Source of the DNA: Vicinamibacterales bacterium
Lineage (GTDB): Bacteria; Acidobacteriota; Vicinamibacteria; Vicinamibacterales; UBA8438
Direction: 5' to 3'
Assembly (NCBI GenBank): GCA_965218825.1
Contig: OZ244656.1
Span: forward strand, 836,965 to 900,964
Length of the DNA stretch: 64,000 bases
The position numbers and the translations under genes were made by a program. Below are positions 53,702 through 63,555 of the stretch, one piece after another (within the stretch, counting starts at the first letter, position 1; the number at the start of each line of letters is the position of its first letter). The notes under the pieces are model-generated. The model had not been told where the DNA came from and made no database searches. It saw only the letters and a program-made list of their open reading frames with translations.

Positions 53702-56487
53702 ATGACGAATGAAGTTCGCGAGGCACTGAGAGAGATCGAATCCCACGCCGAAGACAGCGGGGACGGCGGATGGTTCGAAACGCTCGTGCGTACGCACGGC
53801 CCGGCCATCAGACACTGGAACGTCGACGCCGTCCACAAGTGGGATAAGTGGCCGGCACGGACGACGGTTTTTCCCGACAGCTCGCCCGACGACATCGCCA
53901 TCGACCTCGTGGCCGAAGACGTAGCCGGCAAACGGCTGATCGCCATCCAGTGCAAGGCTCGGCGTGAGGGAAGTGCAATCACGCACGCAGACGTCGATGG
54001 ATTCCTCAGCGCGGCAGCGGCGCCCGAGTTCAATGAGGCATGGATCGTCGGAACGACCGGGTCGAGCGAGGGGCTCCGGGAGCAGCTGAACAACCGGGGG
54101 CTCACCAAGGTTCGGTGCCTGCGGCTCCAAGACGAGTTGCTGCAGTCGGCGCAGGCCGCGGATGACGCAGACTCCGACCCGCGGGACGAGATCCAGCGCC
54201 GAGTCATCGACGCGTCGCTCAAGGGACTGGAGAACGTCCGCGGACGGACACACGACGGCTGGCGCGCGACCGACGCGCGTGGACGCATCGTGATGCCGTG
54301 CGGCACCGGCAAGACGCGCGTCGGCTACCGGATTGCCCGCGAACTCACCACGCCCGGAAAGACGCCCGACGGCACCGACCGGCTGACGATCGTCCTCTGC
54401 CCGAGCATTGGACTCGTGCGCCAACTCAAGACCGCGTACGAAATCATGGCCGGGAGCGACGGCGTCGCGCTCCGGACTCTCGCTGTCTGCTCTGACCGAA
54501 GCGGCGACGGCGCGAAACGGCGGAAGCCGAACGTTGACGAAGCGATCGCCGACGACCCGACAACAGACCTGAGCGGAATCGACGGGTCCGAGATCACGGG
54601 GGCGGTGCGGCGCAAGGCCCAGGACATCGCCGACTGGATCGCGGAGTGTGGCCGGGATCCAGTCGGGTGGCCCGTGATCGTCAGCACCTACCAGTCCGGC
54701 CCCACGCTGGCCGAGGGAGTACGGCACGCCGGGGCGGACGCCGCCGTCCTCATTTGCGACGAAGCGCACCGGACCGCCGGGCTCAAGAAGACGCCGAAGG
54801 TCAACGAGGAGACCCTCCGCAACTTCACCGTGTGCCACGACAACGCGCTTCTGCCAGCTCGCAACCGCATCTACATGACGGCAACGCCGAAGACGTTCAC
54901 GCGGGGCACGGCGGAGGCCCACGACGAGGGCTATGTCGTCGTGTCGATGAACGACGAGGCGACGTTCGGACCGAACTTGGCCGAGGTGTCGTACCGGGAG
55001 GCGGTCGAGCAGGAGGCGCTCACCGACTACCGGATCGCGGCGATCGTGCCGCATAACGAGAGCTACGAGTTCGCCGACAAGCGCGCGAGGAAACACGCCC
55101 GGGACGCGAAGAAGAAGGACGCCGAAGGCGCATCGTCGAAGAAGAGCGGAGACCGGTCGACGTCGATTCTGGTGCGCCAAATCGCGTACGGCGCAGCCCT
55201 CGCCGCAGGCATCGACGAAGGCGACGGGGGAGAGAAGCTGGCCGTGCCCTCGAGTATCGCGTTCTGCAACCGGACGCGTACGTCACGTGAGATGGCGGAC
55301 GAGCTCGACGACGCGGCGGTGCGGAAGCACATCGCCAGCGTTACGGGCCAAGGAACGGACGGACCAGCGAAGCGCTACGAGGTACACCACCGGGACGCCA
55401 AGAGCCGCGCCGGCGCGCGCCACACGGCGCTGACGAAGCTGGCCGGGGCCGACCCCGAGAACCCGGTCGGCATCAGCAACGTCGGCATCTTCGGGGAGGG
55501 CATCGACACTCCGGATCTTGCAGCGATCGCGTTCATCGAACCGCGCAAGGGTCCGATCGATGTGATCCAGGCGGTGGGGCGGGTCATGCGCCGCAGTAAG
55601 GCCAAGAACATCGGCCTGATCCTCGTCCCGCTTGAGATCCCGCCCGACGAGGACGCCGAGGCGTGGCTCGAGAGCCGAACGAGCGAGAACCAGTTCAAGG
55701 AGCTGGGACAGATCCTGCAGGCGCTCCGAGCCCATGACGCCCGCATCGAGGACCGGCTGCAGCACCTGTTGAAAATCTACGAGCCCAGCGGGAACGGCCG
55801 TGCCGAGAAGACCGGCTACCACCTGCTTACTGCTCGCGAGCCGGAAGGCGTGAAAACGTACGTCGTGATCGGACGGGACGGCGTGATCGAGAACGCGCTC
55901 GCGGAGGCGGACAGGAAGACAACTGTAGTCCAGCTGCTGGAACGATCAGCGGACAAGGTGACCGAGGTCACGAAGACGGAAGGCGAGGAGAGCCTCCCGG
56001 AAAAACCCCGCAGCACGTGGGTGGCCGACTGCCGTCGGCGATCGAAGCCGAAGATCGCCCCGGTCGACGTGAGCGCTGCCCAGGACCGGCGCGAGAGCGA
56101 CGACCGCTACCCGGTCGCCCCGATCTCGGAGGCACAGCGCACGCTCCTGAGCGGAGCGATCGTGGACAAGCGGAAGGGCCGGAACCAGAACACGGTGTTC
56201 CTGCGCGCGCCAGTGCGTCGGGAACTCACGAGACCCGGCGGGAAAACGCCGGCCAGCTACGGCCTGCTCGGATGCATCCTCGAAAACAATGAGCGCGGCC
56301 GGTCGATCCGCATGCGGATCCTGCGGAACAGCGGCCTCAAGACGGAGTCTGAGCGGCACATGGACGTGCTCTACTCGACGGTCGAGCGAGCCGCCGGAAA
56401 GCTCAAGGCCGACGACCTTGAGGAGCAGCTCGCGGCACTCCTGAAGATGGACCGCACGACGGCGGCGAAGGGCGAGCAGGGAAACGC
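53702..56487 (+). pseudogene. Mrr-like restriction endonuclease domain fused to a DEAD/DEAH SF2 helicase, 3' end cut by IS
   Basis: DDIAIDLVAEDVAGKRLIAIQCKAR (D...QxK nuclease core), MPCGTGKTRVG (I), LICDEAHRTAG (II), YMTATPK (III), GIFGEGIDTPD, QAVGRVMRR (VI). The listed 1159-aa ORF continues as read-through into the IS from 56488. Confidence 0.8.
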
Positions 56488-57560
56488 GGCGTTGTTGCGC
56501 GGTTCGAAAACTGACCCGCAACGCCCCCTACCCACAGACCCGTTAACGACCGATAGCGTACGACGCCGGCCTACCAAGCTGAGTCATCTGATTGAGGATG
56601 TTACATGCGAGGATGGCCTCCGTCTCTTGCCCCGCCCGACTGCGCGCTCGAAGGCTCTCCCCGATGATCAACTTGTACCGGAAGAAGGCGTTCTCCATAC
56701 GGGCCTGCTGATGGTAGCCCGAGTCCTTCTTCCACTGTCGCCGTCCAGCCTGCTGCACCTGTCGGATCGTGCGGTCGCGCGCGGGCGATCGTGGTCGCCG
56801 TCCAGACACGGTGGCTGTCCTGGTCGGTGGAATGACGACCGTCGCGCCACGCGCACCCGCAGCCTCGTAGATGCCACGCGTGTCGTAGGCCGCGTCCGCC
56901 GTGAGGCAGGAGACGTCGCCTTCGACCTTGTCGATCAGATCGAGGGCCGTCGTCGCGTCGTCAACATGCCCGCCGGTCAGGGCGTGAGCGACGATCACGC
57001 CCGATCCGTCGACGCCCAGATGAAGCTTCTTCCAGCCGCGTATCCCGCGTCCGCCATGTTTCACGGCCGCCCATTCACCTTCACCCACAGTCGAGAGCCC
57101 GGTACTGTCGACGATGAGATGTATGCCTGCGCCCGCGGGGAGGCGGCGAAGTGCAAGGTCGAGGTGCTGACCACGCCGTGAGAGAGTCGTGTGATCGGGC
57201 GCGGACAGGGCGAGGCACAGCATCCCGAAGATCGACCTCAGAAAGCCCTCCGTCTGACGAAGGGGCAGGTGAAAGATCAGGCGGAGCGTCAGCGCGGTTT
57301 CGATGGCAACCTCGGAGTACTGCAGCTGCCCTCCGCGCTTGCCGACGCCCACGGCCTCCCACGTGGCGATCGCTTCCGGCGTCAACCACAGGGTGACGTC
57401 GCCTCGCTGGACCAGGGCTCGGTCGTACGCCGGCCAGTTTCCGACGCGGTATTTCGTTTTGTACCTGGGATGCACTCTCGACTTCACGTCGAGATCATGC
57501 CCCTTCGGCCGTCACGATGGCCAGGGCCGCGACGAATACTTGTTTCCGCGCACCAACGCC
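56488..57560 (-). mobile_element. IS5-family (IS903-like) element, copy B
   Basis: Ends ggcgttgttgcgcggttcgaaaac (56488-) and ..cttgtttccgcgcaccaacgcc (-57560) form imperfect inverted repeats resembling the IS903 GGCTTTGTTG.. terminus. The flanking 9-mers differ. Confidence 0.7.
56543..57487 (-). CDS. IS5-family DDE transposase (314 aa)
   Basis: YRVGNWPAYDRALVQRGDVTLWL, HLIVDSTGL, KLHLGVDGSG, ADAAYD, RMENAFFRYKLIIG...LACNILNQM. Confidence 0.9.
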   Translation of the reverse strand: MKSRVHPRYKTKYRVGNWPAYDRALVQRGDVTLWLTPEAIATWEAVGVGKRGGQLQYSEVAIETALTLRLIFHLPLRQTEGFLRSIFGMLCLALSAPDHTTLSRRGQHLDLALRRLPAGAGIHLIVDSTGLSTVGEGEWAAVKHGGRGIRGWKKLHLGVDGSGVIVAHALTGGHVDDATTALDLIDKVEGDVSCLTADAAYDTRGIYEAAGARGATVVIPPTRTATVSGRRPRSPARDRTIRQVQQAGRRQWKKDSGYHQQARMENAFFRYKLIIGESLRARSRAGQETEAILACNILNQMTQLGRPASYAIGR

Positions 57561-58101
57561 CTGCGGCGAGCACTCCCGCGAGCGCGGCGGTCCCGACCGC
57601 GCGGGTCTCCAGGAAGCGCAGCAGCGCGAGCAGGTGAACGACGAACACCGCCGTGAACAAGGTTTCCACCAGGAGCAAACTGGGATACAGGATCGACAGA
57701 GGATCCAGCGCGTAGGCTGCTGCCGCCCAGAGGCTGAAGCGAGACGCGTCCCCTGTGCCAGCGCCGATAACACGCCGCGCGAGCAGGGCGACCATCCACA
57801 CGGTTGCCATACCGAGAAGAATCTGCACGGCAATCGTCACCGCCGCAATCCGGTCCGCCAGCACCCCAAGCGTGAGCAGGAGCGGATACCCTGGCGGGCG
57901 GCGAATCTCCACGCTTCCACCTGGCGTTGTCGTGAAACTACCGTGCTCAACCAGCGCCTGAGCAGGCCGTACGTACGAATTGGTATCCGGTGAGAAGAAC
58001 ACCTGCGGGTTGCCGTGTACGGCAAGTGCGCTGAGCGGTACGATCAGCCGAACAACACCAGCCAGGAGAACGATGGCCAAGAGGCTTCTGTGTCGATTCA
58101 A
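57561..58101 (-). pseudogene. GT39/ArnT-like glycosyltransferase, N-terminal ~180 aa only
   Basis: Multiple TM segments and RRPPGYPLLLTLG (PMT_2-type loop). TTG start proposed at 58101. The 3' part is replaced by IS copy B. Confidence 0.55.
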
Positions 58102-58149
58102 CGGAACTGCTCTTCGTTCAGGTGCGTGAACGGTGATGAACCAGGGTTT

Positions 58150-59083
58150 GCCCCCAGGTGGGCATTGACGCCCGGGCCCATCGAGGCGTTCGGCATCGAA
58201 GGCACTGGCAGCTACGGCGCCGGCCTGGCCCGGCACGGTGCGCCAAGCGGGGCATCGTGTCGTGGAAGTCAATCGGGGCGACCGGCGTACACGTCGCGCC
58301 GCCGGCAAGTCCGACACGGTGGACGCCGAGGTGGCCGCGCGGTCCGTGTTGGCGGGCCAGTCGACGGCGACCCCGAAGACCGCGGATGGCGCCGTCGAGA
58401 TGATGCGCCAACTCAAGGTCGCGCGGGATACCGCGGTGAAGGCGCGCACCACGGCGATGATCACCCTGAAGCAGATCGTCGTGCACGCGCCGCCCCCGCT
58501 GCGTGAAGCCCTCCACGCCCTCCCCGATCACGGGCTCCTCACCCGCTGCGCCGGACTCCGACCAGGCCCCCTTGACACGCCGACCGCAGCCGCCAAGCAT
58601 ACCCTCCGGGCGCTCGCCCGCCGCTGGACCGCCCTGGCCGAAGAAATCGCGACGCACGAGCAGCACCTCGCGCGACTCACCACCACGACGTCGCCCACCC
58701 TCCGAGCGGGCTTCGGGGTGGGGCCCAATACCGCGGCGGCGATGTTGATCCTCTTCGGCGATAACCCCGACCGGATTCGCTCGGAAGCCGCCTTTGCGAA
58801 ACTCTGTGGCGCGTGTCCCATCCCCGCTTCGTCTGGGGTCACCACCGGCTGGCACCGCCTCAATCGGGGCGGGCACCGACAAGCCAATGCGGCCCTCTAT
58901 CGCGCCGTCATCGTCCGCATGCGGTACCACCAGCCGACCCTCGACTACGTCGCGCGACGGACCGCGGACGGTCAGACCAGACGCGAGATCATCCGGTGTC
59001 TCAAACGCTTCCTCGCCCGCGAGATCTACCACCGTGTCATGACAGACTTCCGCACGCGCCAAGCCATCACGCGTGCCGCCTAG
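58150..59083 (+). pseudogene. IS110-family transposase lacking its N-terminus (frameshift near 58240)
   Basis: ..IEAFGIEGTGSYGAGLARH.. then QAGHRVVEVNRGDRR...GFGVGPNTAAAMLILFGDNPDRIRSEAAFAKLCGACPIPASSG...GGHRQANAALY. Confidence 0.75.
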
Positions 59084-59163
59084 AGGAATGTCTTGACATA
59101 TAGGGGCGTCAATACCTCCGCTACACACCTTCGTGACTGAACGGCCGACGTTTCAGGGGCGGC

Positions 59164-60738
59164 TCAATTACGTTCCGCCTGAATCTCCACGTCGTCCTCG
59201 ACGTAAAAAACCAGAGCTTGCCCCCAGACAGACGCATCGTCTATTTTCCAGGGGCGACGGCTTTGCGTTTCCTCTCCGCCAACGACTTCCACGGAGATGA
59301 TCTGTCCATGAAAATAGCGTCCTGTGTACTCGTCTCCATGCTCTTGACCGTCGACACGGAGTCTGACTCCCACCGGCGCGTGAACGCGGACGGTGTGGGG
59401 ACGAGGTTCATCGATCGCGTCTGCGATGGCATCAAGGACGACGTCGCCTCGGCGTTCGAAGAACGCTTCCAGGTCGAAGCCAACGAAGGGAACCCGGTTG
59501 ACCGAAAGCTGCGCGTACTTCCGAACCAGCCCCCGGAGATAGGCTCTGGTTAGTAGATGGTTGATCGTCTCGCTTGCAGTCGTCGTGAAGTAACGCTTGA
59601 ACTGCAGATCCTCCCGAAGCAGTCGCTGGAAGATGACCAAACGGATGTCATCTGTCGGACCGGGCTGAAACGAAACGTAATTCCGAATCGATGGTCGCCT
59701 CCATGACTCGTGAGGAAAGCCAAAGCTCAGGTCGAGATCCCAATGAACCCAGAACCAGCGCGGTTGCCCGGAACGTAGATTCAACACTGCTGCACCCTGC
59801 AGGGAGTCACCCGTGCCACAGTACATGAGGGTAAACAGATTACGAACGAAGTTGTCCAGGTCTATCTTCCCCTTCACGTCCTCCATTCGGAGTGGCGGCG
59901 GTGTCGAGTTAAGGAAGTCCCGTACCTCACTGTAGGCCGTTTCGTCGCTTGGCAACTGAGACCCCGCACGAGACCGATAGAATCGAAAATCATCGTGACC
60001 CAGGTATGATCGGCCCCAACCAGCGCGGTCGACGTATTCGGTGAGTTCGTAGGCATGCGACCGTAGCGATCCATTGAACACGAAGCGCACCGGGACCGCG
60101 GCCGGAGCTAGCGCGCCGATGCGTCTCGAGATTTCGAACGCCATCGGCTGCGAATGCGACATCTGTTGAGACTGCCGTACGACGAATCGGTTCGGAGGCA
60201 GCCGGGCCGTCGGCAGCGGTCCGCCGGAAGGCATGTGTGGGAGGCCATACTGCGGTCGAAAGATCAGTCGGAACGCCTCGCGTCCGCTCCTCCGACCGGA
60301 GCCGCCATGAACCCGCACCCCCATTCTCGTGGTAAACACCAACTCCTCGCCGAAGTACAGCGAGGCCCACCCCACTCGTTCCCAGTCGCGGCCTCTCGCC
60401 TCCCGATTGGCAAGAATGCCGCGCGCCGGGTCGTTTAGCTCCACTTCCGGAATGGCCAGCGACAGCAACCACTGGCCGGGCGCGAGGAATTCCTCTCGGA
60501 CCGCCTGCGAGCTCGGCGAATCGGTCCCGCGGGGAACGCGTACGTCATTTCCGAAGGCGGAGGCGTCGATCTGCTGCAACAACAGGGCGCTGCGTCCGTC
60601 GGCGGCTCCTTCTGGCCCGAAACCGTCCCGGAGTTCGCTGCGAGCCGGACCGAAGCCGGGATAGGATTCCAAGGCGAGAATGACGCTCGCCAGCACCAGC
60701 CCGGCTACCCACGCTCGCCTGACCGCGTAGGCCGTCAC
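59164..60738 (-). CDS. CotH-family (spore-coat-protein-H-like kinase) protein
   Basis: ..WFWVHWDLDLSFGF.. (CotH WDxDxSFG signature). GTG start at 60738 overlaps the upstream stop (GTGA). Confidence 0.7.
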   Translation of the reverse strand: MTAYAVRRAWVAGLVLASVILALESYPGFGPARSELRDGFGPEGAADGRSALLLQQIDASAFGNDVRVPRGTDSPSSQAVREEFLAPGQWLLSLAIPEVELNDPARGILANREARGRDWERVGWASLYFGEELVFTTRMGVRVHGGSGRRSGREAFRLIFRPQYGLPHMPSGGPLPTARLPPNRFVVRQSQQMSHSQPMAFEISRRIGALAPAAVPVRFVFNGSLRSHAYELTEYVDRAGWGRSYLGHDDFRFYRSRAGSQLPSDETAYSEVRDFLNSTPPPLRMEDVKGKIDLDNFVRNLFTLMYCGTGDSLQGAAVLNLRSGQPRWFWVHWDLDLSFGFPHESWRRPSIRNYVSFQPGPTDDIRLVIFQRLLREDLQFKRYFTTTASETINHLLTRAYLRGLVRKYAQLSVNRVPFVGFDLEAFFERRGDVVLDAIADAIDEPRPHTVRVHAPVGVRLRVDGQEHGDEYTGRYFHGQIISVEVVGGEETQSRRPWKIDDASVWGQALVFYVEDDVEIQAERN

Positions 60739-61442
60739 GCCAGCGCCGCTCCCATGTATATCGTCGTTCGCGCTGACTGGCTGATCTCCTGGACCTGCCA
60801 TTGAAGGCGCACCGCCTTGTCCCGGTCGCGGGCCGCAAACCTATAGGTGATGACCGCGGCATCGTCGCGGTTCGTGATGCTCTCGAGGTCGTCCGGGGAA
60901 AACGTCTGAGACAACAGCTCGACCAGAGCCTCGCCCGAGGCCGCGTATTCGTCGGCCGGTACAGACACGATGGCAATCCCGTCGGTCGAGCGGCGCCGCA
61001 GCGGTCCCCTGGCGGCGCGCAACAGAAACAGTCCGGCCACAGCCACGGCGATCACCAGAGCCAAGAAGATCAAGCTGAACGTGGCCACGCAGAGCGACGT
61101 GGCGATGACAAGAAGAATGAAACCGATTTCTTCAGGCTCCTTGATCGGTGTTCGGAAGCGGACAATCGACAGGGCACCCAACAGTCCCAGCGAGAGCGGC
61201 AGCGAGAACTGGACCGCCAGGAAGATCGCGGTGACGGACACGCCGATCAAGGGAAACGCGCGATGAATCTGACTGCCCGTTCCGCGACCCTGGTAAAAGA
61301 CGACATACAGCTGGGCCATCAGCAGCGAGCTGAGCAGCGATACCACCATCAGCAGGGCCAACGCCGCGACTCCCACGTCGGCAAGGCGACCGTCCAGATT
61401 CCAGAGTGACTCGATGGTCTCAAGCCAGAAGTTCTCTGTCAA
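60735..61442 (-). CDS. DUF4956-like membrane protein
   Basis: Four hydrophobic segments plus ..LSIVRFRTPIKEPEEIGFIL.. Positioned between VTC and CotH genes, as in the known VTC-DUF4956-CotH association. Confidence 0.6.
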   Translation of the reverse strand: MTENFWLETIESLWNLDGRLADVGVAALALLMVVSLLSSLLMAQLYVVFYQGRGTGSQIHRAFPLIGVSVTAIFLAVQFSLPLSLGLLGALSIVRFRTPIKEPEEIGFILLVIATSLCVATFSLIFLALVIAVAVAGLFLLRAARGPLRRRSTDGIAIVSVPADEYAASGEALVELLSQTFSPDDLESITNRDDAAVITYRFAARDRDKAVRLQWQVQEISQSARTTIYMGAALA

Positions 61443-62193
61443 AGCTCGTCTCCCCCGTCGGCCGCCCTTTCACCAGCAGCTGCGCGTAGCACTCGGAGTA
61501 CTTGCAGAAGGATGTCTTGTGGGCGCCGAACCTCGTGATCAGGCGCACTATCGATGGTACCTCGCGGTCGTGACCTTTGAACTCCAGGACGCCCACCCCC
61601 AGCTCGAAGGATCGGACCGGCACCGAGCCGCGGCCTCGCACCCACGTGGGCTGGATATTGCGGTCGAGAGCGATGCGCATACCGGTTTGCACCTCGACCC
61701 AGCGGTCTCGTGAGTAGCTCAGGGCCAGGCTCGGCCTCGTCGACGACGGAACATGTATGCCCTCCGCTCGCACCAGGTGAATCACGCGATCGATATCCAC
61801 CCCGTCGGGACCGACCTCGTCGACTTCGTGCGCCCAGGATTCGATACGGATTCTCGTCTTGAACCGGCGGGGCCCGACTTTTTGCTTGACCTCGACCCAC
61901 GCGCTTCCCAGCGCGGTCGAATCAGCGCTCGGGGCATACCAACGAAGACGAATCTTGGTCTTGTGCAGATCGCCGCCGGTCTTCTCCGCAAGTGATTGCA
62001 GGTCGATAGTATCGAAATACAGAGTCCGGACATGGCCATGCGCGTACTCGGCGTCCGGGACGCAGCGTGCATCCAGCCACGACGTCAGCGGACGAACTCG
62101 CCAGCGTGGAAGCACGTACTTCGTCTCGTACGTCGGCGGATCGTGGGCCGATCCGAGATTCTCCATGGGGTCCGTGGGGGCTTCCGCCATCAA
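61420..62193 (-). CDS. VTC (polyphosphate-polymerase-like) domain protein
   Basis: YETKYVLP...VRTLYFDT.DL......G..HKTKIRLRWY pattern. Confidence 0.6.
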   Translation of the reverse strand: MMAEAPTDPMENLGSAHDPPTYETKYVLPRWRVRPLTSWLDARCVPDAEYAHGHVRTLYFDTIDLQSLAEKTGGDLHKTKIRLRWYAPSADSTALGSAWVEVKQKVGPRRFKTRIRIESWAHEVDEVGPDGVDIDRVIHLVRAEGIHVPSSTRPSLALSYSRDRWVEVQTGMRIALDRNIQPTWVRGRGSVPVRSFELGVGVLEFKGHDREVPSIVRLITRFGAHKTSFCKYSECYAQLLVKGRPTGETSFDRELLA

Positions 62194-62307
62194 CTGTTGC
62201 TACCCCGCCCTTATCTCGTTCTAACCAAACCGCTTAGACTAGATATTACAGTGCCAGAGAGCTGCCAGCGTCAAAATCGGCTGGAAGTATCTGGATGATT
62301 AGGGCTT

Positions 62308-62635
62308 AACAGCCCGTGGTGGAAATGCGGTCTTCCTATGCGGCTTTCGGGATGAGTGATCGATCGTGATCGCCGACCCCGATCGTGGAACGCGCGGGGT
62401 ACTCGGGCTCGCGAACGGTCCAGACATGTACGAGGCGCCGCCAGGAGGACACAAGGACCATCAGCGCGGCGAGACAGCGCCCCTGCAGGCTGCGCGGCGT
62501 GCCAACGCCGATCAGCTGCCGGAACAGCACGCCGAGGTTGAAGCCCGCGAGGTGAATCAAGAGGCGCTTCAAGATATTGCGATGCCCCGCCTTTCTGAGG
62601 TTGTCCAGGATCATGGTGGCGAAGTCCTGCTGCGC
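62308..62635 (-). mobile_element. IS1182-like right-end fragment (last ~85 codons of the transposase plus IR)
   Basis: GHRNILKRLLIHLAGFNLGVLFRQLIGVGTPRSLQGR.. plus the terminal aacagcccgtggtggaaatgcgg on the + strand. Confidence 0.65.
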
Positions 62636-62890
62636 ACGGTGGAAGACGAGCGGGCTGTCGGGGTCGCGGCGTGCCCGCCGTCGCGCTATGGCCTCGGCAA
62701 TGGGTTGTGAGATGGGGAGCACCCGCCCCACCAGGGTCTTCGAGCGGGCGGGCGAGAGCCGGATGACGCCGCCAGCCTCGTCGATCTCCTCCCAGGTGAG
62801 GCCGAGGATCTCCTGCTTGCGCCAGCCGGAGTAGTAGGCGAGGTCGAGGATGGGCGAACTACTCGACCTGCGCAATGAGGTCTTTCCGTA
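62636..62890 (-). pseudogene. Tyrosine recombinase internal fragment
   Basis: ILDLAYYSGWRKQEILGLTWEEIDEAGGVIRLSPARSKTLVGRVLPISQPIAEAI.. It is fused in-frame to the IS fragment in ORF 62336..62875. Confidence 0.6.
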
Positions 62891-63428
62891 TCTCCACTAC
62901 AAGAGCCGTGCGACGCTCACGATCATCCACGAGGACGAGGTGCTCGCGCACGGGCCGGTCCCACCGAGGCGACCTGGCGTGGATGCCCGGCAGGTCATCG
63001 CTGCCGCCCGCGAGTTCATGGGTGGGGTACAGGACGAGCTTCGGGCCGGCGTCAACGCGCTGCAGGCGGGCATGTGGCACCCCTTTGGCCGTCAGGGACC
63101 GGCGCCGCCGTGGTCGTTTGAACGGGGCGACGACGGGGCGATCGTGCGTGCCTACATGGGGGGGTGGCGCACCATCACAGTCGCGTCAGCCTCAGACGTG
63201 TTGGTGCGATGGTGGCCGGAACTCCGGCGCTGCAAACACGAGCCGTGCGGCGTGTGGTTTCTGCCGACGCACGGGCGTCAGCGTTATCACGACGCCCGGT
63301 GTGCGTCGACGGCCCGGTATCAACGATTCAAGCCGACGCGGGACTACAAAGCCGAATACGTGCGCCGACACGACAGCACACGCCCGCCCGCTCGGCACCA
63401 CCCATCAGGAAGGAGGACGCGGCGCTGA
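62850..63428 (+). CDS. Hypothetical protein with a C-terminal zinc-ribbon-like motif (192 aa)
   Basis: CKHEPCGVWFLPTHGRQRYHDARC. The start overlaps the integrase fragment on the other strand, so the real start is uncertain. Confidence 0.35.
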   Translation: MGELLDLRNEVFPYLHYKSRATLTIIHEDEVLAHGPVPPRRPGVDARQVIAAAREFMGGVQDELRAGVNALQAGMWHPFGRQGPAPPWSFERGDDGAIVRAYMGGWRTITVASASDVLVRWWPELRRCKHEPCGVWFLPTHGRQRYHDARCASTARYQRFKPTRDYKAEYVRRHDSTRPPARHHPSGRRTRR

Positions 63429-63555
63429 CACGCGGCAGTGCCGTGGACAGGCGGCGCTGGTCGACGGAGGTGTGGGTGGCGAATTACTACTCAGCCCGCA
63501 ATCCGTTGAGATTATCAAGTTTGGTGATCCTGGGAGTGGTCGCTAGGATGTTCCG

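Noticed and set aside
53663-55180. Very long ORFs on the opposite strand or in alternative frames of recognisable genes. Examples: 53663..55180 (505 aa), 48837..50099 (420 aa), 7065..8258 (397 aa), 32798..33997 (399 aa), 16873..17928 (351 aa), 17979..18983 (334 aa), 30779..31795 (338 aa), 51288..52328 (346 aa), 19757..20698 (313 aa).
   Set aside because: Each fully overlaps an ORF with clear family motifs (helicase, transposase, integrase, autotransporter). Their translations are Arg/Pro/Gly/Ala-rich low-complexity sequence, as expected from stop-codon-poor alternative frames in high-GC DNA.
62336-62875. The 179-aa ORF read as one protein.
   Set aside because: It is a chimera. The first ~80 aa are an internal tyrosine-recombinase segment. 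The last ~85 aa are the C-terminus of an IS1182-like transposase. No start or domain integrity exists for either part.
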